The position numbers and the translations under genes were made by a program. From Candidatus Zixiibacteriota bacterium (GTDB taxonomy: Bacteria > Zixibacteria > MSB-5A5 > GN15 > FEB-12), in assembly GCA_041742355.1 (NCBI GenBank), contig JBGSIV010000098.1:1-40135 (forward strand): a stretch of DNA of 40,135 bases. The letters run 5' to 3'. Positions 26,801 through 37,919 of this stretch are shown piece by piece. Position 1 is the first letter of the stretch; each line of letters opens with the position of its first letter. The notes beneath the pieces were generated by a model, which worked only from the letters and a program-made list of their open reading frames with translations, searched no databases and was not told where the DNA came from.

Positions 26801-26886
26801 GTATCCTCACTTCCACCGCCCTGACGCTTATTGTCCTGCCCGCCCTTTACATAACATTCGGCAAGCGCACGGAGGGAGAAGTGTGA
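23818..26886 (+). CDS. czcA: CzcA/CusA-family heavy-metal efflux RND permease (CzcA-like, divalent cations)
   Basis: DAFPDTTPVLVQV, GPVSTGLGEI, MSLGAIDFG..VD.AV..VEN, EGKLFRPMA, RLRPVFMTALVAALGFVPMA, GAEVQRPLATVVVGG. Confidence 0.95.
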   Translation: MLKHIVESILRYRLVVLALAGVMCILGGIALWNLPFDAFPDTTPVLVQVNVSAPGWAPEDLERLVTYPLEQVLTGLSGLEEVRSVTKYGLCQITTIFDDDADLYLARQQVSERLLAAELPDGVGAPQLGPVSTGLGEIFHYIVVSESEDLTDPRTVQDWIVKPQLQAVPGVAEVNSWGGFEKQYFLLFDPDRLARYNLSLNEVVASVRDDLGNVPGGQIVRGGEMTIIRGIGQVESIDQIKSIVIAAPEGTPITVADIGDVIIGHELRLGAATYNGKGEAVLGLGFMITGENPAAITERMAERLEEAAPTLPEGASAFPVYERTKLVKEVLSTVEHNLFYGAILVVAVLFFFLGNLRAGLIVASAIPLSMLFAFDLMSRAGITGSLMSLGAIDFGLAVDNAVIQVENSVRRLSDAQPAANRMEVIRDAILEVRKPTLFGELIIIIVYLPILTLQGVEGKLFRPMALTVVFLLTGSLLLSFTVLPALIGTFLTKKVSDREPRFVHWLRRLYEPLLDRALRHSRAIIIGALVLVIAGGLLFTRLGSEFVPRLSEGTIVINLVRLAGISLDESVEYNTRIEQNLLAAFPDEIEHVWTRVGTAELSTDPMGLELSDMFMSLYPKEQWTRTDNQAELVALIDSTLAELPGQNRVFTQPIEMRVNEMIAGIRGDVGIKLFGADLAVLEARAEEIAAMVETIPGAADVSIEQLTGQPQLRLSVDRDRLARFGLTAREVLTAIESIGGIEVGDVFEGTRRFDLLVRIDTTRLGGPEDIGNILVRSANGSLVGLDRVTTAVLDEGPGTITREWSTRRIVIQSNVRDRDLGSFVAELRERLDKEVPLPEGYFIRLGGQFENLERARTRLAIVVPIALLLIFGLLYWTYHSARDAVLIFSGVPLAALGGIVTLALRGMPFSISAGVGFIALSGIAVLNGLVLVSTIKLLRCEGHDIVAAVRQGALTRLRPVFMTALVAALGFVPMALSTGVGAEVQRPLATVVVGGILTSTALTLIVLPALYITFGKRTEGEV

Positions 26887-26909
26887 GCCCTGCCGCGCAA
26901 GATGCACCG

Positions 26910-26938
26910 TTGAATTGCGGCCACGCCATGCGTATATT
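26910..26938 (+). promoter_or_regulatory. Putative sigma70 promoter
   Basis: TTGAAT-N17-TATATT upstream of the CDS at 26998. Confidence 0.5.
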
Positions 26939-26997
26939 GCCGGCGTAGTACACATAGCATTGCCAGCGGCTCATCAATCTTTTCCGGAGCGGTTTGT

Positions 26998-27759
26998 ATG
27001 GTTAAGAAAATCGTCCTGAGCCTGATCTTTCTTGTCGTCGTCGCTGTCGCGGTCGTGTATGTCGCTCGCAACGTGCTGGTGGCTCGCGCGGTCGAAGCCG
27101 GCTCGACGTACGCGCTCGGTGTTGAAACCAACCTCGGATCGGCCTCTCTTGAACTTGGCGGCGGCAGCCTCGAGCTGAGTGATCTCACGGTACATAACCC
27201 CGAGGGGTTCACCGCCGACGGCTTCCTCTCTCTACGGCGAGGCATAATGACAGTCGACGTCGGCTCGGTGCTCGATAACGAAGTCAAGGTTGATTCGTTC
27301 GTCATCGACGGCATCACGCTCAATCTCGAGCAGATCGACCGTGCCGGCAACTTCAAGGTCATTCTCGATCATATTAAACGGATGAACCTCTCGTCGTCGG
27401 AGGAGTCCCAGACCTTCCACATCGGCCTGATCGCCCTGCGCGATATTAACGTCACCGGCTCGCTCAGCCTCATGGGCAAACGCGTCGACCGTTCGTTCCA
27501 GCTCGACAATTTCGCCCTGCGCGATGTCGGCGGAGATAACGGGGCGAAGATCAGCGAGCTCACCGCCACAGTTGTTAGATCTCTCATCACCAAAGCGCTC
27601 GCCTCCCGCGGCAATCTGCCCGCCGGTTTTGCCGTCAACCTTGAGGGCTTGAAACAGCAGGCGGAGGATCTGAAAGACGAGGCGGTCGAGCAGATCGGCA
27701 CGGAGGCTGCGGGAAAACTCAAAGACCTTGGCGGATCACTGACCGGCGGCAAGAACTAG
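26998..27759 (+). CDS. AsmA/DUF748-like membrane-anchored periplasmic protein
   Basis: N-terminal TM anchor, GS..LGVET.L....L.L.GGSLEL..L.V.NPEGF pattern; GGAG RBS. Confidence 0.65.
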   Translation: MVKKIVLSLIFLVVVAVAVVYVARNVLVARAVEAGSTYALGVETNLGSASLELGGGSLELSDLTVHNPEGFTADGFLSLRRGIMTVDVGSVLDNEVKVDSFVIDGITLNLEQIDRAGNFKVILDHIKRMNLSSSEESQTFHIGLIALRDINVTGSLSLMGKRVDRSFQLDNFALRDVGGDNGAKISELTATVVRSLITKALASRGNLPAGFAVNLEGLKQQAEDLKDEAVEQIGTEAAGKLKDLGGSLTGGKN

Positions 27760-27938
27760 GCCACCTTCGGCGACTCAATCCTGAACTCTGTCTTCCGTAT
27801 GCGCGGGCCTGCCCCCGCCCGCACCACGCGATGATCGGTATCCCGAGGGCGGCACAAAGCCGCCCGGTATGGGGGAAATTGTCTGCCGAGTGTCCGGCAA
27901 ATTGACCCACCGCCACGAAAACTCCTCTTCCCCGGAAC

Positions 27939-27956
27939 CCTGTACCATGGTACAGG
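27939..27956. promoter_or_regulatory. MerR-family operator palindrome
   Basis: Perfect 18-bp palindrome CCTGTACCATGGTACAGG with the GTAC-N4-GTAC core of mer-type operators, 43 bp before the regulator. Confidence 0.8.
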
Positions 27957-27999
27957 CTGTTACACGGTGTATGGACGACGACAAATCCGAGGATACGCT

Positions 28000-28424
28000 A
28001 TGACTTCAGGTGTACTCGCCCGGCGGGCCGGCGTGAACAAGGAGACGGTCCGCTACTACGAGCGGGAAAGACTCCTTCCCAGCCCCCCGCGCACCGGCGG
28101 CGGCTACCGAACTTTCTCCGACGAGGATCTCAAACGCCTCGTATTCATCAAGAATGCCCAGAAGTTCGGTTTCGGCCTGCAGGAGATTCGCGAACTACTG
28201 GCTATTGCCGATGGTGAGTTGATCGACCGCGCCGAGGTCCGGGCCGTTGCGAAAAACAAAGTCGCCCAGATTGACGAGCAGATCGTGCGGCTGGCCCGCC
28301 TTCGCCACGCCATGCAGAACCTGATCCACCGCTGCGCCCGCCATACCGAGCTGACCGGCTGTCCCATCATCGATACCCTTGCGGACGGCGCCATTGACTC
28401 ACCTGATACTGTTGGAGACCGGTA

Positions 28425-28425
<1 letters not shown>
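28000..28425 (+). CDS. MerR-family heavy-metal-responsive transcriptional regulator
   Basis: [43 protein letters not shown]8-CPII; GAGGA RBS; stop overlaps the ATPase start (TAATG). Confidence 0.92.
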
Positions 28426-31094
<2,669 letters not shown>

Positions 31095-31177
31095 AAAGAA
31101 GAGATTAAGTTTCAGACGAAAAGGTTTGTTGAACAACGCGACGCACTACTGATCAGGTCCGCGCAGCGCCGTTGGCG

Positions 31178-31686
31178 GTCGTTGCGGGTGCAGCAAAGCA
31201 ATCTCGGCCGCAGGTCGGTTCCCGAGCCGCGTAGCGGCAAGAACCCCGTCGTGATTGATTTGGGGCTTGCCTATGTCGGGTCTCTCTGCGTCGCGCCTTC
31301 GGCGCTCGCTCCGGAACCCGACCTACGCCCAGGATCAATTGGGTTCGTCTGCGCGGTATCGCAGTCGCGTTCGTATCTCTTCCTTGTCTTTCTGTCTCAG
31401 AGAGACCCACCATGAATGGTGGGCCACAGGAGATTGGGTTCGTTTGGTAATCCCAGCATACGGTAGGCCCAGACGTGACTGGGGCCCGGCCTCCGCCGGG
31501 CTGGCAGGAAGGGAGACGGGTTGACGGATACAAGCCCCGCAGCTCGTCTTGGGTTCGTTTCGCAATTCACCGCAGTTCCATGGTCGGTTACTTTCAGTCG
31601 GGTTTCTCGGAGCTTCGCTCCTCGGAACCCGACCTACGTGTTGTTCTCAGCTTTCTTCTGTCAGTCTCCAAGGAGCCTGACCTACG
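31178..31686. repeat. Mosaic of REP-like palindromes and a TTGGGTTCGT repeat between convergent copA and tkt
   Basis: CGGAACCCGACCTACG is identical at 31312-27 and 31623-38. Related elements at 31209-50 and 31660-86, a hairpin at ~31406-23, and TTGGGTTCGT at 31339, 31434 and 31549. Confidence 0.75.
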
Positions 31687-31693
31687 GGTGAGA

Positions 31694-33751
31694 TTACGGT
31701 TTCAGCACTGCCTTTGCATGGGCGATCACATTTTCCACCGTGAAGCCATACTCCCGCAGCAGCACTTCTCCCGGCGCTGAAGCCCCGAACCCCGTGACCC
31801 CGATCACGTCACCTGCGGAACCAACATACCGTTCCCATCCCACGGGCGATCCGGCCTCCACTGCCAGCCGCGCGGTGATTTTGGGCGGCAACACCGTTTG
31901 GCGGTATTCGTCCGGCTGCGCGTCGAACAACTCCCAGCTTGGCATCGATACCACCCGAACCGCAATGCCCTCCTGTTCGAGGCTGCGCGCCGCCTGCAGC
32001 GCCAGCGCGACCTCTGATCCGGTCGCGATCAGCAAGAGATCGGGAGCGCCCCCGCGTGCCTCGCGCAGGATATAGGCTCCCTGCCGCACTCCTTCGGCCG
32101 ATCCGAGCGTGCTTCGGTCGAACACCGGCACATGCTGGCGCGTGAGGATCAGCGCCACCGGACGATCCTGGGTCTCGATCGCCACCCGCCATGCTTCCAC
32201 GGTTTCGTTGGCATCGGCCGGTCGAATCACGATCAGGTTGGGCATCGCCCGCAGGCTCACGAGGTGCTCCACCGGCTGGTGGGTCGGGCCGTCTTCGCCC
32301 AGTGCGATGCTGTCGTGAGTAAAGACGTACTTCACCGGAGCGCGTGTGATGGCCGCCAATCGTATCGCCGGCCGCATGTAGTCAGAGAAGATCAGGAAGG
32401 TCGCCACAAACGGAATTGCGCCGCCATGCGCCGCCATGCCGTTGGCGATCCCGCCCATAGCATGTTCGCGCACGCCGAAGTGAATGTTGCGCCCGGCGAA
32501 ACTCCATCCGCCGCCTGAGGACCCCTGCGTGTCATCGGCCGCATACTCCGGGGGTAAATAGTCCCCGAACCCCTTGAGCGTCGTCTTCGTCGATGGGGCC
32601 AGGTCGGCCGCTCCCCCGATCAACGCCGGGAGTTTCGGAGCGATTGCGTTAAGCACGGATTCCGACGCTGCTCGTGTTGCCATCCCCTTTTCCGACGGCG
32701 GGAACTCCGGCAATTCATCCGCCCACCCTTCCGGCAACTGCCCGCTGATCACGCCCAGCAGTTCCTCGGCCTCCCGCGGATACTGCTGCCGATACGCTTC
32801 CAGTCGCACCTCCCAGTCTCGTTCGAGCTCTGTTCCCGTTTCGGTCGCTTTCCGATACTCCCGCAGCACCTCCTCCGGCACGTAGAACTCGGATTCGACC
32901 GGCCACCCCAGGTTCTCCTTCGTCCGCCGTACTTCCTCCTCGCCGAGCGGACTGCCGTGCGCCTCGAAACTGCCCGCTTTCCCCGGCGAGCCATACCCGA
33001 GCACCGTCCGAACGATGATAAGCGACGGCCGCTTTGATTCGTCTTTCGCCTGCTCTATCGCCTTTTTGATCGCGGTCGTATCGTTGCCATTCTCGACATA
33101 CGCCGTGTGCCAGCCGAGACTGCGAAACCGCGCCGCCGTGTCCTCCGAGTGTGTCAGCGCTGTCGATGCGGCCAGCGAGGTGAGATTGTAGTCGTACAGG
33201 TAGATCAGCTTTCCCAGTTGCAGGTGGCCTGCGATTGCGGCCGCCTCCGATGACACTCCTTCCATCATATCGCCGTCGCTGCAGATGGCGTAGGTGTAGT
33301 GATCGATCACTGCATGTCCCGGCCGATTGTACCGTGCCGCGAGGTGCTTCTCCACCATGGCCATCCCTACTCCGTTGGCGAATCCCTGTCCGAGCGGGCC
33401 GGTGGTCACCTCCACGCCGGGCGTGTGATTGCGTTCGGGGTGTCCGGGTGTGCGGCTGTTCCACTGGCGGAACTGCTTCAGATCGTCGACAGAAAGCCCG
33501 TAGCCGGTCAGGTACAGAAGGCTGTAGAGAAGCATCGATCCATGGCCGGCCGAAAGAATGAAGCGGTCACGATCGAACCACTGCGGATTGCGTGGATTGT
33601 GTCGGAGGAATCGGGTCCAGAGAACGTACGCCATCGGCGCGGCACCCATGGGCATTCCGGGATGCCCGGAGTCGGCGCGCTGGACTGCGTCGATGGAGAG
33701 AAGACGGATGGTGTTGATGCAGAGGTCTTCGAGCGTGTTTTTCTCGCTCAC
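31694..33751 (-). CDS. tkt: Transketolase
   Basis: [67 protein letters not shown] start overlaps the upstream stop (GTGA). Confidence 0.97.
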   Translation of the reverse strand: MSEKNTLEDLCINTIRLLSIDAVQRADSGHPGMPMGAAPMAYVLWTRFLRHNPRNPQWFDRDRFILSAGHGSMLLYSLLYLTGYGLSVDDLKQFRQWNSRTPGHPERNHTPGVEVTTGPLGQGFANGVGMAMVEKHLAARYNRPGHAVIDHYTYAICSDGDMMEGVSSEAAAIAGHLQLGKLIYLYDYNLTSLAASTALTHSEDTAARFRSLGWHTAYVENGNDTTAIKKAIEQAKDESKRPSLIIVRTVLGYGSPGKAGSFEAHGSPLGEEEVRRTKENLGWPVESEFYVPEEVLREYRKATETGTELERDWEVRLEAYRQQYPREAEELLGVISGQLPEGWADELPEFPPSEKGMATRAASESVLNAIAPKLPALIGGAADLAPSTKTTLKGFGDYLPPEYAADDTQGSSGGGWSFAGRNIHFGVREHAMGGIANGMAAHGGAIPFVATFLIFSDYMRPAIRLAAITRAPVKYVFTHDSIALGEDGPTHQPVEHLVSLRAMPNLIVIRPADANETVEAWRVAIETQDRPVALILTRQHVPVFDRSTLGSAEGVRQGAYILREARGGAPDLLLIATGSEVALALQAARSLEQEGIAVRVVSMPSWELFDAQPDEYRQTVLPPKITARLAVEAGSPVGWERYVGSAGDVIGVTGFGASAPGEVLLREYGFTVENVIAHAKAVLKP

Positions 33752-34788
33752 GCGGGGCTGAGTCCCTTTCGCGAGAAGTGTACCCTGGCCATCGCCGCCG
33801 CGCCGATCACGCCGGCGTCGTTTCCGAGACTCGCTTTCACCACCTCGAGATCTTTCACAACCGCCGGCAGCGCCCGCTCCCGGACTCCTCCTTCGACCCG
33901 CGCGACCAGGTCGGGATAACCTTCGATCACGCCGCCGCCGAGAATTATCCGCCGGGGGCTGAACGCATTGGCAAACGACGTGCAACCGGCGATCAACGCC
34001 GCCACGGCTTCGTCGATCACCCGCTGCGCGAGCAAATCCCCGCGCTGCGCCGTGTCGCACACCATTCGCGCCGTCACCCGGTTGATGTCACCGTCGGCCA
34101 GGTCCAGCAGTGCGGCGCCTTCGAGGCGGTGCTGGGCGATCAATTCCTGTGCCCGCAGGGCGATTGCCCAGCCGCCCGCCACCGCCTCAAGACAGCCGTA
34201 GTTTGGGCACCGGCATTTTGGACCTCCCACGAGCACGGTCGTATGCCCCAGCTCACCGGCCGTATTTGCGTGTCCTGTGAGAAGTCGCCCCGAGCTGATC
34301 ACGCTCCCCCCGATGCCTGTCCCCACGAACACCAGCACCAGGTCGCGGAACCCTTTTCCCGCGCCGAGGTGCCATTCGCCGAAGGCCGCGGCCCGAACGT
34401 CGTTGGTTACCAGGAGCGGCAGCCCGAGCACTTCTTCGAGCCGTTCGCGTAGTGGGAAGTAGCTCCAGCCGAGGTTCGGGGCGAAGGTCACCGCTCCGGT
34501 CCCTTCCTCGATTTGCGCCGCCGCCCCGATACCGATCGGCCCGACCGAATACGAATCGGCCCGGTCGATCAGGTACCGGACCATTATGGAAAGCTGCTCG
34601 ACAACGTCGTTGGGATCTCCCCAGCCGTGTGTCTGCTCCTTCACCCCGTGCAGAAGCCGGCCGTCTTTGCTCACCAACCCCGCGACGATCTTTGTGCCGC
34701 CCAGGTCGATACCGATCGACAGCACCTTCCGACTGGTCGACGCCCGTTTGGGCCGTTCGTGCTGGATACGCTCGCGTCCTTCTGCCAT
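33748..34788 (-). CDS. ROK-family sugar kinase (glucokinase-like)
   Basis: [35 protein letters not shown]...[15 protein letters not shown]; start could instead be GTG 34725. Confidence 0.92.
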   Translation of the reverse strand: MAEGRERIQHERPKRASTSRKVLSIGIDLGGTKIVAGLVSKDGRLLHGVKEQTHGWGDPNDVVEQLSIMVRYLIDRADSYSVGPIGIGAAAQIEEGTGAVTFAPNLGWSYFPLRERLEEVLGLPLLVTNDVRAAAFGEWHLGAGKGFRDLVLVFVGTGIGGSVISSGRLLTGHANTAGELGHTTVLVGGPKCRCPNYGCLEAVAGGWAIALRAQELIAQHRLEGAALLDLADGDINRVTARMVCDTAQRGDLLAQRVIDEAVAALIAGCTSFANAFSPRRIILGGGVIEGYPDLVARVEGGVRERALPAVVKDLEVVKASLGNDAGVIGAAAMARVHFSRKGLSPA

Positions 34789-34932
34789 AAATCCGATACG
34801 ATCCTCTGCTCCGGGCCGCACCCGGGCACGGTTACTCTCTTCATTTTACAACACGACTCCGGCGACAATGTGCCCCCGTCGCCCTTCCCGCGCAAGGGAA
34901 ATGCTCAACCTGCATTTCCCCATGAAACCCCG

Positions 34933-35481
34933 CTATTCCGCCGTGACCAGCGGCGCCATGCTGATCTCCCTGCCCAACAACTTCCGCCGTTCAAGGATCT
35001 GCCCGATGTGCTGCTCGCTGTGCACCGTGTGGTGTTCCACCAGCTGACGCAGCGTCACCTCCACCCCGCGCCGTTTGTGCACGCCGATTCGCTGCCAGAC
35101 ATCCTCGGGCAGTCGCCGCAGAAGATATCCGCTCGCCCGGCGGAGCGCCGCGTACAGCGCCAGTGCTTCTTCAACTTCTGCCACCGATGCATCCTGATAG
35201 CGCAGGAGATCGGCCCAGACGGCCTGATCCCAGAGCGAAAACGTCCTCTCCGAATCGGTGATCGTCTGGCGAATTCGAGCCGCGGCCATGACTTCGGTAT
35301 CGACAACGTGCAGTGTGATTTCCTGGATCGACCATTTCCCCGCGATCGGTTTCGCCTTAAGCTCCGCCGTCGACAATCCGCCGATCGCCTCCCGCAGCCG
35401 CAGGGGATTCGCCTCGAACGCCGCGATCAGTTCTTCCGCGCTCATCTCCGGACAACTGAACAATCCGCCCGGTCCTGCCAT
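34933..35481 (-). CDS. DinB/YfiT-family protein
   Basis: GKWSIQEITLHVVDTE and HHTVHSEQHIGQI; AAAGGAG RBS. Confidence 0.87.
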   Translation of the reverse strand: MAGPGGLFSCPEMSAEELIAAFEANPLRLREAIGGLSTAELKAKPIAGKWSIQEITLHVVDTEVMAAARIRQTITDSERTFSLWDQAVWADLLRYQDASVAEVEEALALYAALRRASGYLLRRLPEDVWQRIGVHKRRGVEVTLRQLVEHHTVHSEQHIGQILERRKLLGREISMAPLVTAE

Positions 35482-35677
35482 CGCTCTCTCCTTTTCAACT
35501 GGGGCAACTTGTAAAGACTCATACGGTTTTCCGATCCCTCCCGTTGCAATCAATCTGCCGCCCGCGCACGGGTCGCGATCGGACTTTTCCGCTGTATTGA
35601 ACTTGCGTATGATAAAGCGGCCTTCGCCTGTGGGGGAGTCTCCGCCGCAGGCGCAACCCGAACCGAAGGAGCGTGCT

Positions 35678-36064
35678 GTGGCCTCGAACAAACCGGTGGT
35701 CGGTTCGATCGCCTGGATTGATCAGACATCCCCCATCGCCGATGATGTCCGCGATTTCTATGCCGCCGTGGTCGGCTGGCGGCCCGCCCCTGTGTCCATG
35801 GGCGATTACAACGACTACAACATGCTGCTGCCGAACGCCGATCAGCCCGCCGCCGGCATCTGTCACACCCAGGGGGTCAACATCGACATCCCGGTCGGAT
35901 GGCTGGTGTACATTGTTGTGGAGGATCTTGACCTGAGCCTGGCCGCCTGCCTTGAACGCGGGGGCCGAGTTATAGCCGGACCGAAGACCATGGGCCAGGG
36001 GGCTCGCTACGCCATTATCGAGGATCCTGCCGGCGCGGTAGCCGCCCTCTACGCCCCGGAGTAA
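35678..36064 (+). CDS. VOC (glyoxalase/bleomycin-resistance) family protein
   Basis: GSIAWID, DFYAAVVGW, WLVYIVVEDLD, AIIEDPAGA; AAGGAG RBS with GTG start. Confidence 0.88.
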   Translation: MASNKPVVGSIAWIDQTSPIADDVRDFYAAVVGWRPAPVSMGDYNDYNMLLPNADQPAAGICHTQGVNIDIPVGWLVYIVVEDLDLSLAACLERGGRVIAGPKTMGQGARYAIIEDPAGAVAALYAPE

Positions 36065-36073
36065 GCTCCGCTC

Positions 36074-36925
36074 CTATGCGACCCGCGAGCGGTTGACCGC
36101 ACCGCGCTCACGCCGTGCCGCAACGGTGTCCAGAAAATCGGCGAACAGGGCATTCACCTGGCCGGCGTGCGTCACCGGTCCCATGTGTCCCACGCCCGCC
36201 AGACTGTGCAGGGAGGCATCGGGGACGGCTCGCAGCAGCAGTTCGACCACCCGGCGCGACGCCCGGGGCGACGCCAGGCCGTTGACCAGCAGGGTCGGTA
36301 CTTCCAAACGCTCGAACCGGTCAAGACCGTATTCGCTCCCCAGCACCGCGTCGAAATCGGATACCACCTTCTTCATTTTGCCCTCCAGCCCCGCCTGCCG
36401 CCATTCAGGAAAGCTCTCCCATGCTCTGCTGCCGGACCAGTAGTTGATAAAGTGCCGCGCCGCCTCAGTCATTCGTCCCCCCGCTACTTCGGCACGCACG
36501 GTTGCCGCCACCGTTTCGATTTCCGCCGCTGCCGCCGCCGTGTTCCCCGCTTCTTCGAGGAGCCTGAACAGCACCGGTTCGTACATGGTCAGGCTCGCCA
36601 CGCGGTTTCCGTACCGGAGCGCTGCCTGCGCCGCCACAGCTCCGCCGTATGAATGCCCCAGCAGGTGGACCGGCTCGATGCTGCTTTCGATAACGTCCGC
36701 AAAGAGCGCCACTTCATCATCGAGGGTCAGCGGCCGGTCCCCCGGCCAGTCGGCCGTCTTGCCGTAACCGTACAGGTCGACCGCCACCACCCGGTACCGA
36801 TCGGACAGGCTTTCGGCCAGCGCCTGAAACTGCTTCGACGACGAGGTGCTGCTGTGCAGGCAGATCACTGTCCGCCCCGTCCCCGTTACCGTTCGATGCG
36901 CCGTTGTCTGATTCTGGACCGCCAT
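36074..36925 (-). CDS. Alpha/beta-fold hydrolase
   Basis: ICLHSS, DLYGYG, GHSYGG, YEPV, GHMGPVTH. Confidence 0.88.
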   Translation of the reverse strand: MAVQNQTTAHRTVTGTGRTVICLHSSTSSSKQFQALAESLSDRYRVVAVDLYGYGKTADWPGDRPLTLDDEVALFADVIESSIEPVHLLGHSYGGAVAAQAALRYGNRVASLTMYEPVLFRLLEEAGNTAAAAAEIETVAATVRAEVAGGRMTEAARHFINYWSGSRAWESFPEWRQAGLEGKMKKVVSDFDAVLGSEYGLDRFERLEVPTLLVNGLASPRASRRVVELLLRAVPDASLHSLAGVGHMGPVTHAGQVNALFADFLDTVAARRERGAVNRSRVA

Positions 36926-37058
36926 CAGGCTCTCCGTTACTTGCCGTCCCGGCCGAGGCCGGCTGTCTGGACCAATATACTCTACGTTAAGCTGTACGGC
37001 CGGGAACCGGGTTTGTTTCCCCCGGTTCCGCTGTCCGCCGAAATTCACCTCCCCGGTG

Positions 37059-37631
37059 TTACATTGGCTCGCCGGTCACCTTCACGTTCACCGCACGGGT
37101 AACGGTGTCGAACACCGGCGAGAAGGTCGGGCCGAGCTTGACGAGTTCCTGGAGCTGGTCCTCCGGAACGTCCGCTTTGATCTTGAAGTGCACGCGGATT
37201 TCCTGGTAGCCGCGCGGCACATTCGGGTCGAGCCCGAGGAAGCCGTGCAGGTCGATATCCCCTTCGAGCGTCGACTCCACCTCGTCGATCGCGATCCCCT
37301 TGGCTGCAGCGTGGTATACGAGCGAGGTGGTCACGCAGGCCGCCAGTGCGTGCAGCACGAACTCGACCGGGTTGGGCCCGCGGTCCTCGCCGAGCAGCAC
37401 TTCGGGCTCGTCGGCGTCGAGCACCCAAGCCTTGTCGCGCGTCGTGTCTTCCTGGCCCGCGCCGTAGAAATCCTTGATCGTCGAGCGGTTGTGCCCGCCG
37501 TCGATCCACTGGTTGCGCGCCCGGAAGCGGAATTTCGCCAGCCCCGGGGTCTGCTTGATCGCATTGATGGTATCAAACAGCTTCTGGGTGTCGATACCGT
37601 TCATCTTCGTGGTCACTTTCTGGGTCGCCAT
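37059..37631 (-). CDS. OsmC-like family protein (single Cys)
   Basis: DEP..LLGEDRGPNPVE..L.ALAAC, EGDIDL.GFLG, SPVFDTV; AAGGAG RBS. Confidence 0.88.
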   Translation of the reverse strand: MATQKVTTKMNGIDTQKLFDTINAIKQTPGLAKFRFRARNQWIDGGHNRSTIKDFYGAGQEDTTRDKAWVLDADEPEVLLGEDRGPNPVEFVLHALAACVTTSLVYHAAAKGIAIDEVESTLEGDIDLHGFLGLDPNVPRGYQEIRVHFKIKADVPEDQLQELVKLGPTFSPVFDTVTRAVNVKVTGEPM

Positions 37632-37706
37632 GTTCTTCTCCTTTGTGTTTCTCGTTTCCACAAGTATGGACTTTACAAGTCTCTGTTGAAATCTGACGGC
37701 AGTGAC

Positions 37707-37723
37707 AGCAGACGCCGTGCCAA
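37707..37723 (-). promoter_or_regulatory. Sigma54 (-24/-12) promoter for the OsmC-like gene
   Basis: Minus strand TTGGCACGGCGTCTGCT fits TGGCACG-N4-(T/C)TGC with GG-N10-GC spacing; IHF-like AATCAAtcgcCTG just upstream (37740-37752). Confidence 0.8.
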
Positions 37724-37919
37724 ATGCGGTGCTACGTTGCAGGCGATTGATTGACAGCGACTTTGCCTGGTAGACCGCCTTTCGGCCGGTCGCGAAAAGT
37801 CGCCGGTAACGGGAAGTCGTGAGGCTGGTTGGTGAGATTCCGTGAGATCGGGCGGCGTCGCAGATGCGCCGCCGCCCCATATCAGTTCAATTACCCGTTC
37901 GTTGTCCCGCTGTGCTTGA

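Noticed and set aside
27971..28003. Short [13 protein letters not shown] overlapping the merR-family start, possibly a frameshifted N-terminus
   Set aside because: ATG 28000 has its own GAGGA RBS and yields a complete HTH, so no frameshift is needed.
31095..31693. CRISPR array or protein-coding ORFs in the copA-tkt spacer
   Set aside because: Repeats are 16 bp or shorter with irregular long spacers and no cas genes; the short ORFs are translations of palindromic repeats.
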